From Eledone cirrhosa (taxonomy: Eukaryota), in NCBI GenBank assembly GCA_964016885.1, contig OZ024753.1, forward strand, positions 18,352,001 through 18,416,000: 64,000 nt of DNA, read 5' to 3'. Both the position numbers and the translations under genes were made by a program. Shown here in pieces: positions 15,815-30,124 of the stretch (positions are counted from its first letter, which is position 1; every line of letters starts with the position of its first letter). The notes below the pieces were generated by a model, which saw only the letters and a list, made by a program, of their open reading frames with translations, had not been told where the DNA came from and ran no database searches.

Positions 15815-16171
15815 AAAAGGAAAAGAAATGGCTGACACATTTTTCCCAGTGAAAAATAGTTTAATTAGGAATAAGCATGAATTAGTAATAAGTATTCAGT
15901 TTTAGTTTTAAGTTTTTACCGGTTGCGCATTTCTTAGGCTTTTCACAAATAATTTTGAGATAGAGAGCTCGTGATTTTTCCTCTCTTCATATTAGAGCAA
16001 ACATCACGAGCACTCTATCTAAAAATTATTTTTGAAAAGCATAAGAAATGCGCAACCGGTAAAGATTAAACTAAAACTGAATACTAACTAATACTTATTA
16101 CTAATTTTTAATTATTCTTAATTAATCTATATTTCACTGGGAACAATTTGTCACCATTTTCTATTCCTTTT
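15815..16171. repeat. Diverged fold-back inverted repeat (~160-bp arms)
   Basis: About 15815-15977 versus 16001-16171, e.g. ttaccggttgcgcatttctta / taagaaatgcgcaaccggtaa. Spacer about 25 bp. Confidence 0.85.
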
Positions 16172-16176
16172 CATTA

Positions 16177-16225
<49 letters not shown>

Positions 16226-16467
16226 GGAACACGAAAAATCAGTGATGCATCGCAACACAATTTATTACGTATTACGATTGTTTCTCTGGCGAACAGCCCG
16301 AGGTACCATCTGTTTGTGGATCGAACCTGATTATGGATTCGCAAATTACTCTGATACGTCTCGTGACGTCGAAGCAAATCATCTTTCTGTTCATATATAT
16401 GTATATATATATATATATATATATTAGTGAAAAAAAACAAAGGAACTATTATGACATTATAACAAGT

Positions 16468-16522
16468 TTATTGCCGACAGCTTTTCGTCCGACCCCATGG
16501 TGGGACTTGTCAAGGCATATAA
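16468..16522 (-). ncRNA. Hammerhead ribozyme copy (U3-A8 core, damaged stems II/III)
   Basis: Minus strand: tgcc-TTGACAA-gtcccacc atgg ggtcggac-GAAAA gct GTC-ggca. Confidence 0.55.
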
Positions 16523-18571
16523 CATGTAATTGCAAGATCATTGTTTACATCAACGTATCACTCAAGGCTAGCAGTTTGAAATTGTTGTATACATCAGCAA
16601 CTCCGCTTTAAGGGGGGCTCTTTTATATTAGTTGTCGGGGTCAGGGATTGAAGTTTAAAAATTAGACAAAAATATATAATTCACGCATCAACATTGAACC
16701 AAAAGACTTGGGGTCCCGTAGAAGCACCTCAGAAAATCCCTCAATGAGTGCATAAAGCTTACAGGCTCCAATACACCTATTAGTCTAGAAGAAAATTAAG
16801 AGGCTAATAAAATAAGAAAATAAAAATATAAAGTTTCCCTAAAAAATATATATAGAGTTCCTATGAAATTTCTTCTAGAGAAAAAATTTTTTTCCGAAGG
16901 AAAAAAACCTTCTTCCCCCGAGATCACGTTTACAAAATTCAGAAAACTGAATTGAAAACTAGGTTGAAAGAAACTAATCAATTAGAGGTTAATTCCGAGA
17001 GCCTTCCATAAATCTCTCAGACAAGGCCCCTTTACTATTTCCAATAGGAACTTCTTCCGAGAGACCCTTCGAAGAATTAAAATTTTAGAGAGCCTTTGAG
17101 GATAAATATAAAAATGAATTGAGGAAAATTATACATTAAAAGATAAAAATTAAAAATTACGGTATTTGGGATATCCGAGGAATTTTCAAAGGGCTGCTTC
17201 AACAGATACAACTTAGGCATAATAGGTACAATAATCTAAGCAATTTAAGCAATTTAATTGGGGAGCAATTCAAGGAGTTTATCAAGTTGGGCAAGAATAA
17301 AGAAAGTGGTAACTAAGAAAATACATAAGCAAAAAGACAATAATCATAAAATGTATCTTTAAGAAGGTACAAGGTAGCTTCAGTGATCTAACCCTGTATT
17401 ATCACAAAAAACATTCTAAAATTATTGATACAGGATTAAAAATTATTACAAAATCATTACAAAATTACCACAAAATCATTACAAAATGTTCATCCTGTTA
17501 TATTTTTGTAATAATTTGATGATAATTTTGTAATAATTTTGCGATAATTTTATGATAATTTAATAATTTTGTAATGATTTTGTGGTAATTTTGTGATGAT
17601 TTGATAATTTTGTAATGATTTTGTGGTAATTTTGTAATGATTTTGTAATAATTTTTAATCCTGTATCAATAATTTTAGAATGTTTTTTGTGATAATACAG
17701 GGTTAGATCACTGAAGCTACCTTGTACCTTCTTAAAGATACATTTTATGATTATTGTCTTTTTGCTTATGTATTTTCTTAGTTACCACTTTCTTTAATCT
17801 TGCCCAACTTGATAAACTCCTTGAATTGCTCCCTAATTAAATTGCTTAAATTGCTTAGATTATTGTACCTATTATGCATAAGTTGTATCTGTTGAAGCAG
17901 CCCTTTGAAAATTCCTCGGATATCCCAAATACTGTAATTTTTAATTTTTAACTTTTAATGTATAATTTTCCTCAATTCGTTTTTATATTTATCCTCAAAG
18001 GCTCTCTAAAATTTTAATTCTTCGAAGGGTCTCTCGGAAGAAGTTCCTATTGGAAATAGTAAAGGGGCCTTGTCTGAGAGATTTATGGAAGGCTCTCGGA
18101 ATTAACCTCTAATTGATTAGTTTCTTTCAACCTAGTTTTCAATTCAGTTTTCTGAATTTTGTAAACGTGATCTCGGGGGAAGAAGGTTTTTTTTCTTTCG
18201 GAAAAATTTTTTTTCTCTAGAAGAAATTTCATAGGAACTCTATATATATTTTTTAGGGAAACTTTATATTTTTATTTTCTTATTTTATTAGCCTCTTAAT
18301 TTCTTCTAGACTAATAGGTGTATTGGAACCTGTAAGCTTTATGCACTCATTGAGGGATTTTCTGAGGTGCTTCTACGGGACCCCAAGTCTTTTGGTTTAA
18401 TGTTGATGCGTGAATTATATATTTTTGTCTAATTTTTAAACTTCAATCCCTGACCCCGACAACTAATATAAAAGAGCCCCCCTTAAAGCGGAGTTGCTGA
18501 TGTATACAACAATTTCAAACTGCTAGCCTTGAGTGATACGTTGATGTAAACAATGATCTTGCAATCACATG

Positions 18572-18627
18572 TTATATGCCTTGATAAGTCCGACCATGGG
18601 GTCGGACGAAACGGCTGTCGGCAATAA
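18572..18627 (+). ncRNA. Type I hammerhead ribozyme with U3-A8 covariant core
   Basis: tgcc-TTGATAA-gtccgacc atgg ggtcggac-GAAAC ggct GTC-ggca. Perfect 8-bp stem II; GUC site. Confidence 0.75.
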
Positions 18628-18801
18628 ACTTGTTATAATGTCATAATAGTTCCTTTGTTCTTTTCCACTAATATTTCTGCTCTGCGTATACGCATAGAGC
18701 TTAACTAGCTACCGTCACATATTTGGTAAGTCAGACGTGATCATCGCGATTCACATACGACCTACCATACATCTTACTTATATATATATGTATATATATA
18801 T

Positions 18802-19241
18802 AATTAAGTTAAAGATGTACATCCATATATGTATACTGAAATACTAGTATGTATATGAATACACACACGTATACATATGTAGATGTACCAAGTTTTTTTC
18901 ACTGGTCACTTTACTGTGAGTGGCCAGCTATTCTGTATGTAAACACACAGACAAACCGGTTTTTAGAGTCATACTGGTTTTTGAGGAAACACCTTTCCTC
19001 TATTCTCTAGAAAGCCAGACAAGTCTGGCTTTCTAGAGAATAGAGGAAAGGTGTTTCCTCAAAAACCAGTATGACTCTAAAAACCGGTTTGTCTGTGTGT
19101 TTACATACAGAATAGCTGGCCACTCACAGTAAAGTGACCAGTGAAAAAAACTTGGTACATCTACATATGTATACGTGTGTGTATTCATATACATACTAGT
19201 ATTTCAGTATACATATATGGATGTACATCTTTAACTTAATT
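18802..19241. repeat. Apparently perfect palindrome: 219-bp arms, 2-nt spacer
   Basis: 18802-19020 is the reverse complement of 19023-19241, with centre ...gccagac AA gtctggc... No mismatch found by eye. Confidence 0.9.
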
Positions 19242-19308
19242 GTTTAAGCGTCAGTCATACAAAAGTGAGTTACAAACGAAACGAAATTTAATTTCGTTTC
19301 GTTATTTG

Positions 19309-19384
<76 letters not shown>

Positions 19385-21331
19385 TAAAAAAATAATGAAT
19401 AAAACAATGAAACAGTTCCTTATATTAAACAAAAAAAGTTCATTATTTAACGATCGTTTCTAGGATATATATGTGTTAGAATTGGCATGCATATTCAACA
19501 GATCTATGTACAAAATTATACAAAATTATACAAACTATCAAGATTAAATATACATACCAAACACACATATATGCCGTCTTCAGAAATAATGAAATATATT
19601 TATTGATAATAACAACAATTCAAAATTTCAGGTCCGTTTGGGAACGGAGTTCAAATTGACCAATGAAAATATAAAAAATTTTATGCAGTTTGGTGTGTGT
19701 ATATACATGTAATTAAATTCGTACACATATTTATACAAAGATATATGCTCATATGCATACGCATGCCAAAAAGATGTATGCAAATACAAAAATTCAAGGC
19801 TAATGTCTCTGTAAGTTTATAATCCACAGATAAAATGCGTATAGATACATAAATATGAAATAAAAGTATACACATATTCACATACTCACACATATCCGTA
19901 CACTCACACACACACGCGCGCATATGCATAAACATACACATAATCACGAACACACACACACACACATACCCCCACACACATATATATGTGGATATAGTAT
20001 TATCATAAGCACATGGATACTAATGCACACACATAAACACTGCAACACACATTTAGATCAAGATACAGAAATTAGGTGGGAGGGGGGGCAGAGAGGTCAG
20101 TATTCTTGAATAGTAATACAATAGACATATAAAATATATACATTTTTTTAAAGAAATACAGTTAGGTGTTTTTATATGTATGTATATACACTCACAAATG
20201 TACATATCTATGTACAAATGTGTGTGTATAGTGAAAATGTGTGCGTAAATATATGTATGAGGGCAAGTATATCTGTGTATCTGTAACTACAGACACAGAC
20301 ATGATATGAGTGTCCGGTTGACAGGTATACAGAAAAACAGGGTATGAGATACATTATAAGACTATGAAGGCACGCGTATAAACACACACACACGCGCGTA
20401 CACTTATATGCGGAAGAAAAAGAGGTAAGGGAGTGTAATAGTAAAAAGAAAGTATCATTCTCGATATATTTATAAAAATGGAACAATAATTTAGAAAGAA
20501 AAAATTGCAAAGTAAAGAAAAGAAAACAAACAAGGTACACGCGTACATACACACATATATCTATAAGAAACGTATATCTATAAAAAATATATATATATAC
20601 ACGCAAAACGTACAGACAAAAGCGTATGCAAGTATACATACACACACAGGATGCCCATATATATATACATAAACCTCGCCCCATGTATATCTAATCACGC
20701 GTACGTGCGCGACTGTATACACACACATACACACACATAAATATATACATACATATATATATACGCACACTTACACATCCATACATTCAGTACGTACACA
20801 CACACACACTCACACATACACACACTCACGCACGTTGATCCGCTTACATGCACACCCATAAGAATGAGAATGTAAAAAAGCATAGATGTAAAAACACAGA
20901 TATAAGAACACACATACATACACATATATATATATACACGCACGCGCGCGCACATACGTAGGCGTTCGTGTACATATACAGAAAGTATACACACACAAAG
21001 ACGCTCAGACACATAGATACAGGGTGTAGAAACAGCCTTGTGAATAAGTAAGTACAAATATAAAAATATGAAATGGGCTGCGAAATAACAGAAAATATCT
21101 GGAGTGGACAACGCAAGTGACTATGTAATCAGGTAGTGAAGAAAATAGGGAAGTAAAAAGTGGAAAGTGAAGATATTAGGTAAGTGAATCGGAGAATAAA
21201 GGGGGGGGGGTAGTGGTGGATGTGAAGTAAAAAAAAAAATAAAAAAAAAAAATAATAAAAAAAAAAATAAAAAAATCAATAAAAAAAAAATAAAAATAAA
21301 AAAAAAAAATAAAAAAAAATAAAAAAAATAA

Positions 21332-21362
<31 letters not shown>

Positions 21363-21466
21363 TAAAAATAAAAATAAAAATAAAAATAAAAATAAAAATG
21401 AAATTAATAATAAGGTTAAAATGAAAGTAAATCAGAAAGGGTAGTCTTAAAGAGAATAATAAGAGC

Positions 21467-22350
21467 TTATGGAGCATAAGTATCTGAAAGTGTTTTAAGT
21501 TTATATGAGCTGGAAAGCAGGTGTGATTTCATGTGTGGGCAACTGGTGAAAATTTCTGTCTTTGTGTTTAGGCAGGTCTTTGGTGATTTAAAGTTTTGCA
21601 AAATCCAATATTTTTTGTTTCTGCAGAGCGTGCATTTTCTTGTTCCTCTTGCATATTCTTTAGGTTGGTTCAAAATTGAACAATCCAATTTATATTGAAT
21701 ACCTTGGTCTTTCAAATCCCATATTCTGCTAGCCAGAGCTGTTGTAAATCTTTTTTCTGGGTGTCGAAAGGATGCGACATGTGAGTAATAACGCGTTTTG
21801 AATTTGTCTTGCGTCATACCCACATATCGTTCACTGGTGGCTGGTTGGTTGTTGCTGATGGTTGTCACTTTTGCCGCATATACAATGGCTTTGGTGTTGC
21901 ATTTACCTTGTAATGAGCATTCACTTTTGATTCTACAGGAGCAATTTTGATGTTCTCTAGGTGATTTTTTGTTGATGATATAGGATTTAATAGGGGGACC
22001 GCAGGAGTAGCTAATTTTGACACAGTTTCTATTAAAGATCTTATAGTATCTATGTGTTCTAGGGAAATGTTTATCTAAGAACTCTAGGAATGTTTTGCCT
22101 ACATTAGTTTTAACTGCTAGAGAGTATGTATTTTGAACATGATTGAGTATGTATTTTGAACCAGATTATTTTTCTTTTCCTGTTTTTAAGTTTAATAGAG
22201 TTAGTATAGTTGGGTATGTATATAATCGGTTCGCTAAAACCGCTATTTTGGAGGGCTTTATTATAGTAGGGGGATGCCTTATTGAAAATAGCTTCTGAGG
22301 AAGAGAGGGTGGAGATCCTACGGCTAATATTAGGGATAAGGTTTTTAAAT
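21467..22350 (-). pseudogene. 5'-truncated Naiad-type PLE (RT thumb remnant + GIY-YIG endonuclease)
   Basis: ORF 21467-21868 contains YVGMTQDKFKTRYYSH, TALASRIWDLK, CTLC and CPH. Upstream are CSC..C..KC and degraded YKIFNRNCVKISYSC segments, homologous to the 43.9-45.6 kb ORF. Confidence 0.85.
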
Positions 22351-22374
22351 ATATATATATATATTATTCAAATA

Positions 22375-22563
22375 TTAATAAATGAAAAATATTCTCATAA
22401 TCAAAATATATATTTTATTATACATATTTCAAAGGTACAATGGTGTTTAAGTACGTTTTCATCATATTTTGTCTGATGAAAACGTATTTAAACACCATTG
22501 TACCTTTGAAATATGTATAATAAAATATATATTTTGATTATTAGAATATCTTTCATTTATTAA
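22375..22563. repeat. ~90-bp-arm hairpin centred at the 5' edge of a hammerhead
   Basis: 22375-22464 is the reverse complement of 22474-22563. Confidence 0.85.
22464..22528 (+). ncRNA. Type I hammerhead ribozyme
   Basis: atattttgt-CTGATGA-aaacgta...taccttt-GAAATA tg TATA-ataaaatat. AUA site; minimal stem III. Confidence 0.65.
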
Positions 22564-23068
22564 CATATAAATAATAGTAAAGAAAACACCAAAAAGGTTA
22601 TGTTTTCATTTACAAAGGGTAGAGATACAATATAGTGAAGAATATAAGGTCTACAAAATGTGGAAAAAATACATAATTAACAGGTAAAATTAAAATGTAA
22701 AACACCCACCTTTATACCTATACACACCTGGACATTCTCGAAGAAGAGGATATTTCGCCAAACTGCTGTTACCATACATTCTCAGGGCTTATCACCAGGT
22801 TGAAAGAAGGTATAGCCAACATGTTTAAGGATATTTCAGACAACCGAATAAAGCACGTGGATATATATATATATACATATATTTGGGTGCAATCAATTGT
22901 ATCTGCATCTTGTAGATCTGCTTGTGCCCTAGCATTAGCTGTGGTGCTCAACAACCCCAGCATGTACTCTCTCCTTATTTGCCGTCTCCGATATCCCTAT
23001 CTTTACCCTCTATTGTATTCCGATTGTTCGTGAGACTAAGCTTGGTAGAGCTTATACTCAGCACTGTG

Positions 23069-23128
23069 TTTATTAAGCTCTGATGAACCCTACCCAATGG
23101 TATGGATGAAACATTGTAAGCAAATAAA
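23069..23128 (+). ncRNA. Type I (minimal stem III) hammerhead ribozyme
   Basis: tttatt aa gct-CTGATGA-accctacc caat ggtatggat-GAAAC att GTA-agc a aataaa. GUA site. Confidence 0.7.
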
Positions 23129-23194
23129 AACTGTTTGAGTATGTGAGCGTTCTTTGGTTAACTTTTACACACACACATACACACACACACACAT

Positions 23195-23269
<75 letters not shown>

Positions 23270-23610
23270 ATATTAACTTAAGTGAACTTTAAAAATCAGG
23301 AGTGGCACCTGAAGTGTGAACTTGTCTATAGAATTCTCTCTACCTTTGTTACTCTAAATATAGTTTTTAAAGAATTCCCTTTTCTTTAAACCCAATGACC
23401 TTCACCCATCCCAATCACCACTCTCTCCTACCACCAGAAAATATATAATTACCACCATATTACTTGGATAATCTGCTCCCTGATGATTTATCTCGAATGA
23501 AACAGTTCTAGTCCTGTAGAAGCCATTTCTATATAGAATATTTATACTCTGCTTTGTATTGAGTACCTTACTTACTGTGGTTACTACCGATTGAACCCGG
23601 GATAAACTTA
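23270..23610 (+). mobile_element. Older diverged copy of the pLTR 3' portion at 28.8-29.2 kb, including an HHR at 23475-23523
   Basis: Shares cttgttactctaaa, caatgacct.caccca, CTGATGA...GAAACAGttctagtcCTGTA and gtattgagtaccttacttactgtggttac with 28790-29180. Confidence 0.75.
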
Positions 23611-23629
23611 TATATAACTATATATATAT

Positions 23630-23693
<64 letters not shown>

Positions 23694-23705
23694 TTAATAT
23701 AGATG

Positions 23706-23756
23706 AGATTCTACAGGACTAGAACTGTTTCATTCATTAGAAATCATCAGGAATCT
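23706..23756 (-). ncRNA. Type I hammerhead ribozyme in the inverted pLTR (second copy at 29048-29099, + strand)
   Basis: agattc-CTGATGA-tttctaatgaat-GAAACAG ttctagtc CTGTA-gaatct. Stems I and III are perfect; stem II is weak. Confidence 0.75.
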
Positions 23757-24397
23757 GGGTATCAAAAAATAAATATGGTATTTATAGGTCTCTACAAGTG
23801 GTAGGAGAGGGTGGGGAGTGGGATAGGGTGCAGGTCATTGGTTGATAGAAAAGGGAATTCATTAAAAGCTAATTCTACAAAGCTATAGTTTATTTTTATT
23901 TTTATTTTTATTTTTATTTATTTATGTTTTTAGAGTAACAAGGGCAGACAGAATTCTATAAACAGGTTCCGGATGGCATACCATTCCTTGTCAATAAGTT
24001 TCTCTTAAGCTAACAGATGTCTATAAAATCAGTGGGGGGTCAGTCATGGTCGATAGAATTAAAGAAAAGGGAGATTCTTTAAAAGCTAAAGTCATTAAGG
24101 TTCTACTAAGTGACAAAGGTCTAGAGAATTCTGCAGACAGATTCAAAATACTGAGTGCATATCTTACTATTATCTTCGAACTTCTCTTAAACTAATCAAC
24201 TATATGCCAAAAATCAACAGACACATTCACAAAAAAACAAAAAAACACATACTCACTCACACACTTACGCGCAACCATAAACACACACACAAACACATAT
24301 ACACACATAAAAACACACACACATATATAAAAATATATAAATATATATTCATGTACACACACATACATACACACATACATACATACATATATAATAC

Positions 24398-24449
<52 letters not shown>

Positions 24450-24683
24450 ATATATATACATATAAAAATATATACACATATATACACACACACACATATA
24501 CATATATATATATATATATACACAGATACACACACACATACACATACATACACACACACACACATATATACACAAATAAATGCACTCACACGCATACATA
24601 CAAACACGAGTATACAAGTATATACACACAAATACATAAAGACATATATACATACACATACACAGACACATATACACACACAA

Positions 24684-24728
<45 letters not shown>

Positions 24729-24758
24729 CATACATACATATATATATATGTATGTATA

Positions 24759-24848
24759 TGGATTCGCAATCGTAAGGTTGTGAGTTCGATTCCTGGACCA
24801 GGCGATGCGTTATGTCCTTGAGCAAGACACTTTATTTCACGTTGCTCC
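24759..24848 (+). mobile_element. SINE family B fragment (CORE/V-SINE-like domain), inverted copy at ~27905-27993
   Basis: B-box GAGTTCGATTCC followed by tgtccttgagcaagacacttta, resembling the CORE/V-SINE central motif. Confidence 0.65.
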
Positions 24849-24944
24849 TTCTACCTGGAGTTGCGACCGATAGATAGTACTAGCAATTGGAAAGACCAAC
24901 GGAAACATTGTTCCGACGGTCCGATATGACGAAAGTCGATCGTT

Positions 24945-24990
<46 letters not shown>

Positions 24991-25125
24991 CACACACATA
25001 TATATATATATATACATATATATATATCCATACATATACAAATATACACATACATACACAGACCTATACATAAATATACACATATATATACAGACATATA
25101 ACGCATATATACACACACATATGCA

Positions 25126-25193
<68 letters not shown>

Positions 25194-25329
25194 TATACAT
25201 ACATATATATATATATATACACACACACACGGGCATACACACATACACACACACAAATATATATACACACTCTCTCTCTCACGCACATATATATATATGT
25301 ATATTATATATACATATATATATATACAT

Positions 25330-25882
25330 ACTGTCTTACTCCACCACACCTAACCTAGCTAGGAATATAGCCAACCACAATTCTAAACTAAATAAGCCAA
25401 CCACCTCCGAAACCAATCCCCGGACTGGGGCTCTATGTAATTGCCTAAATAAGGAAGCATGCCCACTTGAAAACAAATGCCTCACAAATGACATCGTATA
25501 CAAATGCGATGTCATCTCAGGCACCGAGGATTGCAAACAAACTTACATCGGCATGACCTCCAACAAATTTAAGACCCGTTGGTATGCCCATACCCACTCC
25601 TTCAGTAGACCGGATAAATCAAATCAGACAACACTCGCCTCCTACGTTTGGGACCTCAAAAGGAACTCCACCCCCTTCACGCTTAATTGGAAAATACTCC
25701 AGGAAGCGCGCTCTTACAACGGAGGACACAAGGGCTGCGACCTTTGTATTTCAGAGAGCTACGAAATTTTATTCGCCAAGGGCCCGCTACTGAACAAACT
25801 CTCTGAACACTGCCCGAACTGCATGCACAAGAACTTTGCAACATTCAAACACTTTAAGCCAGTGTTAAAGCCCGATGGCTAA
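25330..25882 (+). pseudogene. Naiad-type PLE GIY-YIG endonuclease domain, open frame to the stop
   Basis: [67 protein letters not shown]. The N-terminal part of the predicted ORF (24887-25330) is microsatellite. Confidence 0.9.
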
Positions 25883-26100
25883 AAACGACCTCCCCCTATT
25901 GGCCCCTATACCTCCTCCCCACCCTACCCCCACCCCTCCTCAACCTGAAATACGGCCACTATGGTTATGTGAGTACCTCTTTCGTATCTACATTTTCTGC
26001 CTGTAGAGGTGTCTTTATGTGCCTGCGTATATGCGTATATTTATTGAGTACCTATTTACTTGTATATGTATATATTTGTTTGTATGTGTGTATATGTGTA

Positions 26101-26149
<49 letters not shown>

Positions 26150-26219
26150 GTTTGTGTGTATATGTGTTTTATGTGAGTATATTTATGTATGTATATGTAT
26201 GTATATATTTGTGTATATG

Positions 26220-26256
<37 letters not shown>

Positions 26257-26375
26257 ATATATGTGTATGTATGTATGTATGTATGTATGTATGTATGTGT
26301 ATGTATGTATGTTTATGTATATATATGTGTATGTGTATGTGTGTATGTATATGTGTGTATATGTATATATATATG

Positions 26376-26406
<31 letters not shown>

Positions 26407-26522
26407 GTGTATATATATATATATATGTGTATATGTATATGTATGTATATGTGTATGTGCGTGTGTATATGTATATATATATATATATGTATGTGTGTAT
26501 GTGTATGTATGTATGTGTGTGC

Positions 26523-26576
<54 letters not shown>

Positions 26577-26737
26577 GTGTATATATGTATATATATATAT
26601 ATATATATGTATGTGTATATATGTATATATATGTATATAGTTGTGTGGGCAGGTGTGTGTATATATATATATATGTGTGTGTGTGTGTATTTGTATGTAT
26701 TTATATATATGTATATATGTGTATGTATTTGTGTGTA

Positions 26738-26795
<58 letters not shown>

Positions 26796-26991
26796 TATAG
26801 ATATATGTATATATGTGTATGTGTATATATATGTACATATATATATATATGTATGTGTGTGTGTGTGTATGTGTGTATATATATGTGTATATATATGTAT
26901 ATATATGTGTATGTGTATGTGTATGTGTGTATGTATGTATGTGTGTGTATGTATGTGTATATATGTATATATATATATATATATATATGTG

Positions 26992-27049
<58 letters not shown>

Positions 27050-27154
27050 ATATATATATGTATATATAATATACATATATATATATGTGCGTGAGAGAGA
27101 GAGTGTGTATATATATTTGTGTGTGTGTGTGTGTGTGTGTATGTGTGTATGCGC

Positions 27155-27202
<48 letters not shown>

Positions 27203-27321
27203 GTATATATATATATATGTATGTATGCATATGTGTGTGTATATATGCGTCATATGTCCGTATATATATGTGTATATTTATGTATAGGTCTGTGTATGTA
27301 TGTGTATATTTGTATATGTAT

Positions 27322-27377
<56 letters not shown>

Positions 27378-27563
27378 ATAGATATTTATACATATGCATG
27401 TGTATGTGTGTGTGTGTGTGTATATATGTGTGTGTGTGTATATATATGTGTGTGCGTGTATATATATATATATGTGTGTGTATTTGTATGTATGTGTATG
27501 TATGTGTGTGTGTATGTATGTGTATGTATATATATATGTATATATATATATATATATATATAA

Positions 27564-27615
<52 letters not shown>

Positions 27616-27754
27616 GTGTATGTATGTGTATATATATGTATATATGTATGTGTATCTGTGGATATATGTATATATATATATATATGTATGTATACGTATG
27701 TGTGTGTATGTATGTATGTGTATGTATGTATGTGTGTATGTGTGTATATATATA

Positions 27755-27808
<54 letters not shown>

Positions 27809-27995
27809 AACGATCGACTTTCGTCAAATCGGACCGTCGGAACAATGTTTCCGTTGGTCTTTCCAATTGCTAGTACTATCTATCGGTCGCAACTCCAGGT
27901 AGAAGGAGCAACGTGAAATAAAGTGTCTTGCTCAAGGACATAACGCATCGCCTGGTCCAGGAATCGAACTCACAACCTTACGATTGCGAATCCAT

Positions 27996-28039
<44 letters not shown>

Positions 28040-28245
28040 ATGTATATATATATATATATATATGTATATATTTGTGTGTGTATATGTGTCTGTGTATGTG
28101 TATGTATATATGTCTACATGTATTTGTGTGTATATACTTGTATACTCGTGTTTGTATGTATGCGTGTGAGTGTATTTATTTTTGTATATATGTGTGTGTG
28201 TGTGTGTATGTATGTGTATGTGTGTGTGTATCTGTGTATATATAT

Positions 28246-28306
<61 letters not shown>

Positions 28307-28348
28307 GTGTGTGTGTGTATATATGTGTATATATTTTTATATGTATAT

Positions 28349-28400
<52 letters not shown>

Positions 28401-29184
28401 GTATTATATATGTATGTATGTAATGTGTGTATGTATGTGTGTGTACATGAATATATATTTATATATTTTTATATATGTGTGTGTGTTTTTATTGTGTGTA
28501 TATGTGTTTGTGTGTGTGTTATATGGTTGCGCGTAAGTGTGTGGAGTGAGTATGTGTTTTTTTGTTTTTTTGTGAATGTGTCTGTTGATTTTGGCATATA
28601 GTTGATTAGTTTAAGAGAAGTTCGAGAAGATAATAGTAAGATATGCACTCAGTATTTTGAATCTGTCTGCAGAATTCTCTAGACCTTTGTCACTTAGTAG
28701 AACTTAATGACTTTAGCTTTTAAAGAATCTCCCTTTTCTTTAATTCTATCGACCATGACTGACCCCCCACTGATTTTATAGACATCTGTTAGCTTAAGAG
28801 AAACTTATTGACAAGGAATTGTATGCCATCCGGATACCTGTTTATAGAATTATGTCTGCCCTTGTTACTCTAAAAAACATAAATAAATAAAAATAAAAAT
28901 AAAAATAAAAATAAACTATAGCTTTGTAGAATTAGCTTTTAATGAATTCCCTTTTCTATCAACCAATGACCTGCACCCATCCCACTCCCCACCCTCTCCT
29001 ACCACTTGTAGAGACCTATAAATACCATATTTTATTTTTTGATACCCAGATTCCTGATGATTTCTAATGAATGAAACAGTTCTAGTCCTGTAGGAATCTC
29101 ATCATATATTAAAACTGTTAATACTCTGCTATGTATTGAGTACCTTACTTACTGTGGTTACCTCCGACTCAACCCGGAATAACG

Positions 29185-30124
<940 letters not shown>

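Larger units (their letters stand above)
16421..18674. mobile_element. ~2.25-kb ORF-less fold-back element (~1.07-kb arms) with terminal hammerheads
   Basis: 16421-17487 is the near-identical reverse complement of 17607-18674. The spacer is made of degenerate ~12-bp (aattttgtaatg) repeats. HHR motifs lie near both outer ends. Confidence 0.85.

Noticed and set aside
24900-24947. CCGACGG-tc..gac-GAAA hammerhead-like motif (also at ~27805-27853)
   Set aside because: Two core substitutions and stem I does not close adjacent to the core.
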